A DNA stretch of 32,000 nt from Ferroglobus placidus DSM 10642 (GTDB lineage: Archaea > Halobacteriota > Archaeoglobi > Archaeoglobales > Archaeoglobaceae), in the NCBI RefSeq assembly GCF_000025505.1, contig NC_013849.1, forward strand, positions 1,140,001-1,172,000. The letters are read 5' to 3'. The stretch's first letter is position 1. Every line of letters starts with the position of its first letter. Under the pieces are notes generated by a model. It was not told where the DNA came from. It was given only the letters and a program-made list of their open reading frames with translations, and made no database searches. Below, one piece after another: positions 1 through 8,464 of the stretch. The translations under genes and the position numbers were made by a program.

Positions 1-119
1 TTATTTTTGTTCAAGTCTCATCTTTTAAACTTCTTTTCGAAAGTTCTTCTCGGTCGAAATTGGTAGTTTTCCTCCACTTAGCTCGATCTTTTTTGGCTGT
101 GCTCCGTTGAAGCTAATCT

Positions 120-461
120 CTACATACCGTCAGCTATTAAAGCGAGCAGAGCTCCGAAGAATAGAAGGATTAAGCCAAGCGCCGCGATTTCGAAAACGAT
201 CACTCCGCCTATAATAGCAAAAACTGCTGAGAAGAGAGAGAAGAAAACCTTCAGAACTATTTTGTAAACCTGCTTAATCGTTAGAAGGAGAATTGCCATC
301 AGAAGGACTAAGAGAGCTAAGATGGGGTTAAAAAACTCGTTTACGATTTGGATAAGCCTTTCAAAAATTGAGGAAAGAATTTGCTCCGGGTTGTAAAAGT
401 AACCGTAAAGCACGCTTGAGACAACGAGTAGAGTGAATATTCTGAACACGCTTACCATCAA
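120..461 (-). CDS. Small hydrophobic membrane protein (about 3 predicted TM helices), function unknown
   Basis: 113-aa ORF. Almost entirely hydrophobic segments separated by short polar loops. It starts 23 nt downstream of the HAD gene stop on the same strand, so it is likely co-transcribed. No family motif recognised. Confidence 0.45.
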   Translation of the reverse strand: MMVSVFRIFTLLVVSSVLYGYFYNPEQILSSIFERLIQIVNEFFNPILALLVLLMAILLLTIKQVYKIVLKVFFSLFSAVFAIIGGVIVFEIAALGLILLFFGALLALIADGM

Positions 462-484
462 AAACGTATGTTCTTCGAACTATT

Positions 485-1279
485 TTAACTTTCACGAAGC
501 ATATCGAGCAAACTTTCGAAGACGTAGTCTGGGTAAACTCCAGCTTCCTTCGCCTTCCTTTCGATATCCTCCCTCTTCGTGACTCCGGTTAAAACTAAAA
601 CCGTCGTAGCTCCTATCTTTTTCCCAGCCAGAACGTCTATCTCTATTTGATCTCCAACGACAACAACTTCATCAGGTTTCAAATTCAGAATGTTCAAAGC
701 TTCCTTCATTATGACTTCCGACGGCTTCCCCACAATTACGTCCGGCTCTCTTCCCGTCATCCAGTAGAGAGCTCCTATTATCATTCCCGTCCCCGGAATC
801 GGTCCGTCTTCAGCAGGAAAGATTTTGTCCGGATTCACAGCCACGTATCTAACGTCCTCTCTAAGGCAGAGCCTCAGGGCTTCCGTCATTATCTGAAAGT
901 TTATCCCCCTATTCGAGCCAACGACGAGGTATTCAGCATCTCTATAATCCACTATCTCAAGCCCTGCAAGCCTTAACTCCTCTTTTAACCCTTCTTCGCC
1001 GGTGGTGTAGACTTTCGCTCTCTTTTTTTCCTTAGCAATTAATCTTGCGGTAGCGTAAGTGGCGATGAGAATTTCATCTTCGGAAACTTCAAGTCCGTAA
1101 TCTTTAAAACGTTCCAGCATAATCCTCCTGCTTCTTGTGGAATTGTTTGAGACGAAAAGAATTTTCTTGCCCATTTCCCTCAATCTCTTCACAGCCTCAA
1201 CTCCTTCGGGAATCGGCTTCTTTCCCCTCCCGATAACTCCATCTATGTCGAGTATGAATCCTTTCTTATCCAAAAGCAT
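485..1279 (-). CDS. HAD-superfamily subfamily IIA phosphatase (NagD/PGP-like sugar-phosphate phosphatase)
   Basis: HAD motif I 'ILDIDGV', motif II 'FVSNNSTRSR', and 'GKP ... VGDQIEIDV' motifs III/IV. I place the start at ATG 1279 (MLLDKKGF...), which has AAGGAG about 9 nt upstream. The track's TTG at 1336 would leave only 15 nt to the divergent gene. Confidence 0.8.
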   Translation of the reverse strand: MLLDKKGFILDIDGVIGRGKKPIPEGVEAVKRLREMGKKILFVSNNSTRSRRIMLERFKDYGLEVSEDEILIATYATARLIAKEKKRAKVYTTGEEGLKEELRLAGLEIVDYRDAEYLVVGSNRGINFQIMTEALRLCLREDVRYVAVNPDKIFPAEDGPIPGTGMIIGALYWMTGREPDVIVGKPSEVIMKEALNILNLKPDEVVVVGDQIEIDVLAGKKIGATTVLVLTGVTKREDIERKAKEAGVYPDYVFESLLDMLRES

Positions 1280-1351
1280 GAGCAAAAACTCCTTCTTAGA
1301 AATAAAAATGTTTGCGAAATGTTTCGAAGCCTTCAAAATCTTTAAAAAACC

Positions 1352-1912
1352 GTGACGTTTTACACTCTATTAAGGGTGGTCAGTGTGGAAGCAGACATTC
1401 CAGTCAAGGAAATAATGACGAGGGAGGTTTGCGTCGCAAGAAAGGATGAGTCGGTTCTTAAAGCAAGCAGGAGAATGATCGAATTCGGCGTTGGAAGCAT
1501 AGTGGTTGTTGAGAACGGAAGACCGGTAGGAATAGTTACGGAGAGCGACATAATAAGGAAAGTTGTGGCGAGGAACAAAGTCCCTTCTGAAGTTAAGCTC
1601 GAAGAGATAATGACTTATCCGATAATAACGATAAAGCCAACTGCGAGCATAAGAGAAGCTGCAAACATAATGCTGAAAAAGGGAATAAGAAGGTTGCCGG
1701 TTGTGGATGGTGAAAAGCTTGTTGGAATTGTAACGGACACGGACATCCTTTCAGTCTCAATCGACCTCGGAGAGTATCTCGGACTTATTAAAGAAAGTTA
1801 TATCGAAACTGAAAGCGAAGAAATCGGAAAGTGTGAAATTTGCGGGAGAATTGCTGAATTAATTGATGTTGACGGGAAGAGAATTTGTGAAGACTGTTAT
1901 GAGTCGTATTAG
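1352..1912 (+). CDS. CBS-domain pair protein with C-terminal zinc-ribbon
   Basis: Two CBS repeats ('IMTREVCV...VGIVTESDIIRKV' and 'IMTYPIITI...GIRRLPVVDGEKLVGIVTDTDIL'), then 'CEICG-x14-CEDC' (CxxC...CxxC). The start is uncertain: the track uses GTG 1352, while GTG 1385 is preceded by GGTGG. Confidence 0.8.
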   Translation: MTFYTLLRVVSVEADIPVKEIMTREVCVARKDESVLKASRRMIEFGVGSIVVVENGRPVGIVTESDIIRKVVARNKVPSEVKLEEIMTYPIITIKPTASIREAANIMLKKGIRRLPVVDGEKLVGIVTDTDILSVSIDLGEYLGLIKESYIETESEEIGKCEICGRIAELIDVDGKRICEDCYESY

Positions 1913-1920
1913 GTGATTTG

Positions 1921-2847
1921 ATGTCTTACTTAGGAGCAAAAATTGGAGATGAGGTTAAAAAAGAGAAGAAAAGCCCGGTAAAGCCGGGAAGCGTTATGGA
2001 AATAGCAACGAAGAATGTAATCACGATTCCGCCAACCTCGACGATAATGAGTGCGATGAAGACGATGATAAAATACAGCTTCAGGAGGCTGCCAATAACG
2101 GATCCCGGGACGAAAAGGCTTGAGGGAATAATAACGGGAATGGACATCGTAAACTTCCTCGGCGGAGGAGAGAAACACAAGATAGTCGAGGGAAGATACA
2201 ACAACAATTTGCTCGCTGCAGTTAACGAGGAAGTCAAGGAGATCATGGAGAAGGACGTCGTCGCGATAGATTTCACCTCTTCTTGGGAAGATGCTTTGGA
2301 AGTTCTTCTGGAAAGAGGAGTGGGTGGTGCTCCGATAATTGACAGAGAGGATACTGTTATTGGTATCATAACTGAAAGAGACATCATGAAGTTTTTAGCT
2401 GAGAGAAGAGAGTACGACGGAGTCGTGGAGGACTACATGACAAGAGGCGTCATAACAGCCGAGCCGAACACGAAAATCGAGGAGGCTATGAAAACGATGG
2501 TTTCAAAAAAGATAAGGAGACTGCCGGTGGTGAAGGATGGTTTACTCGTTGGAATTTTAACTTCAACGACGATCGTCCACTACTTTGCTGGTGAGGTTTT
2601 CAAAGAGCTCGTTACGGGGAATGCTAAAGAAGCTCTTGAACGACCGATTTCAGCAATCCTGTCCAACAAAAAGATACTTAAGTACACTGAGCCACTCGTT
2701 GTCAGTCCAAGAACGAGTTTGAGAGACGTTGTAAATCTCATGCTTGAGAAGAATCAAGCCGCTGCTCTGGTTGTTAGTTCTGGAAATCTTGAGGGGATTA
2801 TTACCGAAAGAGACCTCATGAAGTTCCTCTGCGAGGCAAAATGCTGA
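1921..2847 (+). CDS. Four-CBS-domain protein (tandem Bateman modules)
   Basis: Four repeats of the CBS pattern ('RRLPITD...GIITGMDIV', 'GGAPIIDRED..IGIITERDIM', 'IRRLPVVKDGLLVGILTST', 'AAALVVSSGNLEGIITERDLM'). ATG 1921 is preceded by AGGTGA at 1911-1916. It begins 9 nt after the upstream CBS gene. Confidence 0.8.
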   Translation: MSYLGAKIGDEVKKEKKSPVKPGSVMEIATKNVITIPPTSTIMSAMKTMIKYSFRRLPITDPGTKRLEGIITGMDIVNFLGGGEKHKIVEGRYNNNLLAAVNEEVKEIMEKDVVAIDFTSSWEDALEVLLERGVGGAPIIDREDTVIGIITERDIMKFLAERREYDGVVEDYMTRGVITAEPNTKIEEAMKTMVSKKIRRLPVVKDGLLVGILTSTTIVHYFAGEVFKELVTGNAKEALERPISAILSNKKILKYTEPLVVSPRTSLRDVVNLMLEKNQAAALVVSSGNLEGIITERDLMKFLCEAKC

Positions 2848-2848
2848 G

Positions 2849-3985
2849 ATGTACGTTGCCGAAGCTTTAGGCTTGAGCAAGCCAGCTGCAGAAAAATTAA
2901 AGGAGAAAAACGTTTTAAAAGAGGCTTTCATCAAACATCCTTTTTTCCCCGACGTGATTGATGCGGTAAGGTTCGATAAGAGGTTTGCCGGGCTTGAGGA
3001 GGGGACGGTCGTTGCTAAAACTATTCACGGAGTTGAAGTAGTTCACGGCTTTCCTAAAATCAGGAGAGCCCTAACTCTTTATCCCACGATCAAACTTCAT
3101 TTCAAAGGAGAAATTGTTTTCGAGGAAAAAATGAACGGTTACAACGTGAGAATCGTTATGTTCGGAAAAAATCTGTACGCTTTAACGAGGAGGGGTTTTA
3201 TTTGCCCCTACACAACGGAGAAAGCAAGGGAGCTAATTAACGAGTCTTTTTTTAAAGATTACCCGAACCTCATGCTCTGCTGCGAAGCAGTGGGAAGGTA
3301 CTCCCCATACGTTCCGAAAGATGTTTACGGGGTGGATTTCGACTTTTACGTTTTCGATGTAAGGGAGAAGAGGAGTGGAAAGCCTTTGCCAGTCAAAGAA
3401 AAGGAGAAAATCTGCGAGGAATACGGACTCAACTTAGCTCCAATTCTCGCTCAATGCAAAGCTGAAGAAGGGCATGTTGTCGGGAGAAGAGTTGTTGAGG
3501 AGTTGGAAGGAAGCGGTAGGGAGGGAGTTGTAATAAAAGACGTAAACATGGTAGTTGAGCCGATAAAGTACACGACAAGCGAAACAAATTGCAACGACCT
3601 AAGCTACGCTTTCAGATATTTCAACGAGTACGGAAAGGACTTCATGTTCTCGAGAATCGTCAGAGAAGGCTTTCAAAGCTTCGAATTCGACGATGAGGAA
3701 AAGTTTAGGGAGAGGTGCTTCAGGCTGGGGAAGGCGATACTCGAAAGCTTGGTGAAGAGCATTAAGGACGTTAGCGAAGGGAGAAGGGTCGTCGAAAGGG
3801 TGGAATTAATTTTTTCCTCCTTTGAAACCTTTGAGCTATTTACGGAGCATTTAAAGAGGAGCGGAGTTAATTTTGAAGTTGTTGAGCTGAAAAAGAGGGG
3901 AGGAAAAGTTCACGCAGTAATTGACAGGGTGATGAAGAGCACTACGGATAAAATAAAGAGTCACCTCGGTGGAGCTTTATGGTAA
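2849..3985 (+). CDS. ATP-dependent RNA ligase, archaeal Rnl3 (Pab1020/MthRnl) family
   Basis: Nucleotidyltransferase motif I 'EEKMNGYNVR' (Kx[ND]G lysine), and a later 'REGVVIKD' motif IV-like element. Length (378 aa) and overall layout match the homodimeric archaeal RNA ligase family. The start lies 1 nt after the upstream CBS gene stop. Confidence 0.8.
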   Translation: MYVAEALGLSKPAAEKLKEKNVLKEAFIKHPFFPDVIDAVRFDKRFAGLEEGTVVAKTIHGVEVVHGFPKIRRALTLYPTIKLHFKGEIVFEEKMNGYNVRIVMFGKNLYALTRRGFICPYTTEKARELINESFFKDYPNLMLCCEAVGRYSPYVPKDVYGVDFDFYVFDVREKRSGKPLPVKEKEKICEEYGLNLAPILAQCKAEEGHVVGRRVVEELEGSGREGVVIKDVNMVVEPIKYTTSETNCNDLSYAFRYFNEYGKDFMFSRIVREGFQSFEFDDEEKFRERCFRLGKAILESLVKSIKDVSEGRRVVERVELIFSSFETFELFTEHLKRSGVNFEVVELKKRGGKVHAVIDRVMKSTTDKIKSHLGGALW

Positions 3986-4941
3986 AAGTAGGAGTAGATG
4001 CTGGAACGAAGAGCTACGGGGTTTTCGTTCTTGAAGAGAAAAAGCTGTACGAGTTTGAATCGTCGGAAGTTAGGGAGAATCCCGAGTCGTTCGTAGAGTT
4101 CCTCAAAGAGTTGAATCCGGAAGCTGGGGCAGGGTTGAGCGGATACGGATTGCCGGTAAAAAATTTTAGAGAGCTAACTGACAAGGACATCTTTTTAATG
4201 ACGCTGAAAAAGGAAGGTAGCTTCATAGGGATGTCCTCAGTTATTAGAAGAATTAAGGAGGAGGAGCTGAACTTTTTCACGATTCCCGGAGTGATTCATC
4301 TCAACACCGTTCCGGCTTACAGAAAAATTAACAGAATTGACATGGGCACATCAGATAAAGTTTGCAGCGCAGCTTTGGCTTTAGCTGAATTTGAAGAAGA
4401 AAATTTCATACTTGCCGAGATCGGTTACGGCTTTAACGCTTTTATCGCTTTGAAAAATGGAAAAATCGTGGATGGCATTGGAGGTAGCTCGGGTTTTCCG
4501 TCGCACTTAAGCGTTTCAGCGATAGACGCTGAGCTGGCGTGTTTGATGAAAGTTACGAAGGACGTCGTCTTTTCTGGAGGACTGAAAAGCTTTTTTGAAG
4601 ACAGAAATGAGGAATTTAGCTTTGAAGCTTTCGCCGAATGGATTCTGAAGGGAATATATGCGATGAAGGCTGTTGTTGACGAAAATTTAGTTGTCCTTTC
4701 GGGGAGGTTTGCTAAAGACGTGAAGAAGTACGTCGCTGAAAGGTTTGACGTGAAACTTCTAAAAGGATTTAAAAGCGGAAAACAGGCAGCGGAAGGAGCT
4801 GCGATTATTGCTGATGGATTGAGCGGTGGAGAGTACAAAGAAATAGTTGAGAGGCTCGAACTTAGAAAAGCTTCTGGCTGCATATTCGATTACGTCACTT
4901 CCGACCTCAAAAAATTCTTCTTCGAAAAGCCGGAGTGCTAA
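3979..4941 (+). CDS. ASKHA-fold (acetate/sugar kinase-Hsp70-actin) protein, DUF1464/COG2441-like, function unknown
   Basis: Phosphate-1-like 'KVGVDAGTKSYGV', then 'RIDMGTSDKV' and glycine-rich 'DGIGGSSGF'. The family assignment is recalled, not searched. The start codon overlaps the RNA ligase stop by 7 nt, which suggests translational coupling. Confidence 0.6.
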   Translation: MVKVGVDAGTKSYGVFVLEEKKLYEFESSEVRENPESFVEFLKELNPEAGAGLSGYGLPVKNFRELTDKDIFLMTLKKEGSFIGMSSVIRRIKEEELNFFTIPGVIHLNTVPAYRKINRIDMGTSDKVCSAALALAEFEEENFILAEIGYGFNAFIALKNGKIVDGIGGSSGFPSHLSVSAIDAELACLMKVTKDVVFSGGLKSFFEDRNEEFSFEAFAEWILKGIYAMKAVVDENLVVLSGRFAKDVKKYVAERFDVKLLKGFKSGKQAAEGAAIIADGLSGGEYKEIVERLELRKASGCIFDYVTSDLKKFFFEKPEC

Positions 4942-4972
4942 AGTTTAAGTTCTAAAAAAGCACAGTATTTTT

Positions 4973-5758
4973 ATGAGACATCCAGCGGTGGCTGGGTACT
5001 TCTACCCCTCCAATCCCGAATCTCTCTTAGCTATGCTTAGGGAATTTGCAGAGAAAAGGAGCGATGAAGATGTGGTGGCGATAGTTTCTCCCCACGCGGG
5101 CTACGTTTACTCCGGGAGGACGGCTGGAGCTGTTCACTCTCTTCTACCGGACGTGGAAACATACGTGATAGTCGGTCCTAATCACACAGGTCTTGGAGCG
5201 GCTGTTGCTGTTTCTTACGACGACTGGATGACTCCTTTAGGAGTTGTGGAGTCGGATAGAGAATTCATAGATGCTATGCCAAAAAAGATCTGCGTTGTAG
5301 ATGAAATAGCTCACAGAGAAGAGCACAGCTTGGAAGTGCAAGTACCCTTCTTGCAGTACCTTCACAAGGACTTCAAGATCGTCGCAATCTGCATGGGGTT
5401 GCAGGATAAGGAGACTGCCGAAGAAGTTGTCGAAGAAATTTTAGAGGCTCAGGAGAAAACTGGAAGGAGAATTGCCCTCGTCGCTTCGAGCGACATGCAC
5501 CATTATCTGCCGGACGACGAGTGCAGAAGGAGGGATGAAATTGTTATTGAAGCGATCCTCAGCATGGACGTCGACAAGTACTACGATACGATATACAAGC
5601 TTCAGGCAAGCGTATGTGGCTACGGACCGATAGCTGTTGCCATGCTCTACTCCAAGGAGCTTGGAGCGAAAGCCGAGCTCGTGCATTACTCAACGAGCGG
5701 AGATGTTGCGGATAAAAGTCAGGTTGTCGGCTATGCAGGAATAGCCTTCAGAGTTTGA
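4973..5758 (+). CDS. MEMO1-family protein (AmmeMemoRadiSam system protein B)
   Basis: Hallmark N-terminus 'RHPAVAGYFYP', then 'VSPHAGYVYSG', 'VGPNHTG' and 'SSDMHHY' His/Asp metal-site motifs. Confidence 0.85.
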   Translation: MRHPAVAGYFYPSNPESLLAMLREFAEKRSDEDVVAIVSPHAGYVYSGRTAGAVHSLLPDVETYVIVGPNHTGLGAAVAVSYDDWMTPLGVVESDREFIDAMPKKICVVDEIAHREEHSLEVQVPFLQYLHKDFKIVAICMGLQDKETAEEVVEEILEAQEKTGRRIALVASSDMHHYLPDDECRRRDEIVIEAILSMDVDKYYDTIYKLQASVCGYGPIAVAMLYSKELGAKAELVHYSTSGDVADKSQVVGYAGIAFRV

Positions 5759-6431
5759 ATAGTTTTTTAGCATTTTTCCACAAAACCCTCTCGTCGCAGA
5801 TCTCCGTCACCTTCCTCAGCTCGTGATAAATGCTTCCAAAAGGTTTGTCCGAGCCGAAAATGAGCCTGTCCGGGATGGTTTCGTAGAACTCTTTTATCTG
5901 CGAGGGAGACGCTAAAGATGTGTCGAAGTAGACGTTCTCGTTTTCAGCAAACTCCCTTAGAAAATCAGATGGATTTCCTCCCAGCAATCCGAGGTGGGGG
6001 ATCACGACTCTTACATCAAACCTCTCCAAGAAAATTTTCGTGAACGTAAATTCCTCTTCGAAAAACATCGGCTTATCGATTTTCTCAACGAAATCTTCCA
6101 AATCCTCTCTTTTCAAAGTTTCGTAGTTGGATTTTAAATCGGCCACTCCTCCAACCCAGTGCCACTTTATAGCGACGAACTCCTCAGGAATTTTTTTAGG
6201 AAAAGGCTTTCCTATGCAGTATATCGGGAACAGATTTTCGTTTTCCTCGCAAGCTCTGAGAACCATTTCGTTCGCGGCTCTTTCATCGTACTCCGCGTAA
6301 GATGGAAAGGACATAACCAAAGCCAAATCTATTCCGTTTCTTTCGAGCTCTTCAACGACTTCTTCCACTTTGACATCTATTCCGAGAGAGACAGAAGGTC
6401 CTATGTGTATGTGGCTGTCGATTATCATCAA
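5748..6431 (-). CDS. Metal-dependent TIM-barrel amidohydrolase-family hydrolase
   Basis: N-terminal 'IIDSHIHIG' (HxH metal motif), 'VVIPHLG', and C-terminal 'IFGSDKPF' (Asp ligand). Its 3' end overlaps the MEMO-like gene's 3' end by 11 nt (convergent). Confidence 0.65.
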   Translation of the reverse strand: MMIIDSHIHIGPSVSLGIDVKVEEVVEELERNGIDLALVMSFPSYAEYDERAANEMVLRACEENENLFPIYCIGKPFPKKIPEEFVAIKWHWVGGVADLKSNYETLKREDLEDFVEKIDKPMFFEEEFTFTKIFLERFDVRVVIPHLGLLGGNPSDFLREFAENENVYFDTSLASPSQIKEFYETIPDRLIFGSDKPFGSIYHELRKVTEICDERVLWKNAKKLFKL

Positions 6432-6584
6432 AAAATTGGGTTTAGAAGTCTTCTAATAGTTTTCTGTAAAGCTTCTCATCGTTAAAACTCAACGCCCTCT
6501 TGACGACCTCTTCCAGATACATGACGATATTGGCTACGAAGGAATACTTTAACTTCCTCCGTAGTCTGGAAGTAAAATAAATTT

Positions 6585-7295
6585 TCATAAATATTTTAAA
6601 ATTAGAGATAATGATGAAATCAACACAACGATCAGAATTACTTTTTCCAGTTTTTTCGAATCTATTTTTAGAACGATTCTTTTGCCGAAAAAGTAAGCGA
6701 GAGCTATAGAAGGTATGCAAACCAAGAATTTCGAAAGGATGCTGTAGCTAACATGCCCGGAAAAAATGAAAATGGTCAGAATTGTCGCATAGACGACGCT
6801 CAAATAGGAAATCATAAACCTTCTCACGAACTTGGAGTCGTAACCTTGGTTGACCAAAGCTATAACCACCTGCGGTCCCGTCACACCGCTCAAAACTCCT
6901 AAGCTCCCGCTTAAAAAACCCGAAAAAAAGAAGAGAGGTTTTTCCTCCCTGACCCTATATTTAACATCAAAGATCAACGCTAACGACAAAACAATCAGGC
7001 TAAGTCCGATAGCTATTCCCAGCTCTCTTTCCGACAGACTTTCGAAAAAGAAGTATCCGATTAAAGCTCCGACAAAGCTTCCGAAGTATACTTCCTTTAA
7101 ATCGAAATTCAACCGCTCTTTTACGGCAAAAATTATGCTAATGAAAGATTCCATGAGAACAACAAGAATTACAGCGTTTTTCGGTCCGAATATGCTTGAC
7201 AGAATTGGGGAAAGCAAAACCACGCTGCCGAATCCAGTTAAAGTTCTTACGACGTACGCGAAGAAGACCAAGAAGATTAGCAGGAGGATATCCAT
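6585..7295 (-). CDS. TauE/SafE (DUF81)-like anion exporter membrane protein
   Basis: 236 aa with 7-8 hydrophobic helices and two-fold internal similarity carrying 'TGFGSVV' and 'LGVLSGVTGP' glycine motifs, as is typical of this family (recalled). Confidence 0.6.
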   Translation of the reverse strand: MDILLLIFLVFFAYVVRTLTGFGSVVLLSPILSSIFGPKNAVILVVLMESFISIIFAVKERLNFDLKEVYFGSFVGALIGYFFFESLSERELGIAIGLSLIVLSLALIFDVKYRVREEKPLFFFSGFLSGSLGVLSGVTGPQVVIALVNQGYDSKFVRRFMISYLSVVYATILTIFIFSGHVSYSILSKFLVCIPSIALAYFFGKRIVLKIDSKKLEKVILIVVLISSLSLILKYL

Positions 7296-7483
7296 ATAGT
7301 GAGTTCTTGCAAAGGTTTTAAAACTATCACTATCGAAAATTATAGTTTTGTTCTAATATTTTTATTTTTCCCTCATGTGATGTACGAAATTTCGCTGCCG
7401 ATTCCGTAGAAAAAATAGTAAGTTTTGCTTTTATTCAACCGTCGAATAACAAATCGAGTACTATTCTTTAAATGTAAAACACA

Positions 7484-7540
7484 ATATCGCTTAGTAGATT
7501 AAATGCTCAAACTTTTAGAGAAAAACCCAGTAAGCGATAT
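7484..7540. repeat. 10-bp perfect inverted repeat ATATCGCTTA ... TAAGCGATAT (37-nt spacer) in the leader/promoter of the Tat di-heme gene
   Basis: Left arm 7484-7493 and right arm 7531-7540, read directly. It lies 43 nt upstream of the preferred start at 7583. Confidence 0.5.
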
Positions 7541-7582
7541 ATGTTTTCTAATCTTTACTATCATAATGGTGGTGGTGTAAAT

Positions 7583-8464
7583 ATGATGACTCGACGCGGC
7601 TTTTTGGGATTTGCCGGGGCTGTTATTGCTACAGCCCTCGGCATGGCTTGCACTCAGGAAGAAAGACCTGTTACAACTCCAACGCCTGAAGTTGTGGAGA
7701 AGGTCGTTGAGAAGGAAGTCGTCAAACCTCTACCAGCACCTCCATGGGAGTACAAAAAGCTCAACCCAGACAAGGTTGCTGAACTTGCATATCAAGGGTA
7801 CATGGGTAAAACGTTTGACGGAGAGAAGCTTCCGGGTAAAGCCTGCTGCTTCGGAGCGTTCTATGCTATAGTAAAATCTCTCGCTGACGAAGTTGGTTCG
7901 CCGTATACGGAGTTTCTACCAGTCGCTTCTATTGCTACAGTTGGAGAAGGAGGACTAGTTGGCTGGGCTTCACTTTGCGGAGCTTTAAACGGAGCAGCTT
8001 GGGCAATATGGCTTATAACTCCGGAAGAGGAGGCTAAGAAGATCATAGATGAGCTTTACGCTTGGTACATGTACGAAGAGCTACCAAAATACAAGCCGCC
8101 GAAAGCGATGAAAGCGGAGCTTGAACCGTTCCCGACCTCTGTAGCGAACTCTGTTCTTTGTCACGCTTCAGTCACCAACTGGTGTAAAGCATCCGGATAC
8201 AAAGCGTTTTCAGCTGAAAGATCTGAGAGATGCGGAAGATTGACGGCTGACGTGGCTAAGAAGGCTGTTGAGCTGCTTAATGCTGTGCACGAAGGCACAT
8301 TCGTTCCGGCTTATCCGCTGGATGAAAAGACGAAAAGCTGCAAAGGCTGCCACACCAAGGGAAGCGCTCTCGAAAACACGAGAGGAAAGATGGCTTGCTG
8401 GAGCTGCCACACAAAGGAGGGAGCTTTGAGAATAGAAGAAGTGGAAGGGCATCCAAAGATTTAA
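7583..8464 (+). CDS. Tat-exported putative lipoprotein: C_GCAxxG_C_C redox domain fused to a C-terminal di-heme c-type cytochrome tail (split-Soret-cytochrome-like)
   Basis: Twin-arginine signal 'MMTRRGFLGFAGAVIATALGMAC', with the Cys followed by a T/P/E/V-rich tether. Cys pattern 'ACCFGAF ... LCGALNGAAWA ... LCHASVTNWC ... RCG'. Two CxxCH motifs ('CKGCH', 'CWSCH') lie in the last 45 aa. ATG 7583/7586 is preceded by GGTGGTGGTG and is preferred over the track's 7541. Confidence 0.7.
   Translation: MMTRRGFLGFAGAVIATALGMACTQEERPVTTPTPEVVEKVVEKEVVKPLPAPPWEYKKLNPDKVAELAYQGYMGKTFDGEKLPGKACCFGAFYAIVKSLADEVGSPYTEFLPVASIATVGEGGLVGWASLCGALNGAAWAIWLITPEEEAKKIIDELYAWYMYEELPKYKPPKAMKAELEPFPTSVANSVLCHASVTNWCKASGYKAFSAERSERCGRLTADVAKKAVELLNAVHEGTFVPAYPLDEKTKSCKGCHTKGSALENTRGKMACWSCHTKEGALRIEEVEGHPKI

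Noticed and set aside
1-119. Possible gene fragment at the left edge
   Set aside because: All three minus-strand frames hit stop codons within the first 27 nt, and no plus-strand ORF is present. It is treated as the non-coding 3' flank of the 120-461 gene.
647-976. 109-aa plus-strand ORF inside the HAD phosphatase gene. Similar track ORFs include 1137-1355, 1360-1578, 1926-2387, 1930-2178, 2650-2934, 4014-4280, 4425-4883, 5441-5686, 6159-6485, 6850-7299, 7611-7871, 7861-8046, 8210-8488, 8774-9139, 9192-9467, 9680-9874, 10572-10796, 10840-11031, 10964-11212, 11350-11601 and 11899-12108. The rest are 13688-14086, 14236-14687, 15526-15753, 16475-16950, 17567-17905, 18364-18558, 18973-19167, 19914-20189, 20580-21193, 22138-22638, 22952-23143, 24434-24955, 25896-26156, 26593-27349, 27661-28848, 29985-30512 and 31679-31876.
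   Set aside because: All lie antisense to, or out of frame within, ORFs that carry strong family signatures. Their translations are low-complexity (S/L/F/R-rich) with no motifs, which is typical of shadow ORFs.
6442-6720. 92-aa minus-strand ORF spanning the TauE 3' end and the downstream spacer
   Set aside because: Most of it overlaps the TauE-like gene out of frame. Only the last 26 codons (MYLEEVVKRALSFNDEKLYRKLLEDF, 6442-6522) are in intergenic DNA, and they have no convincing RBS or promoter. That is insufficient evidence for a gene.
7541-7582. Upstream ATG (7541) as start of the Tat di-heme protein
   Set aside because: It would put 14 residues (MFSNLYYHNGGGVN) ahead of the twin-arginine n-region. 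ATG 7583 is preceded by a GGTGGTGGTG Shine-Dalgarno-like run and gives a canonical Tat leader.
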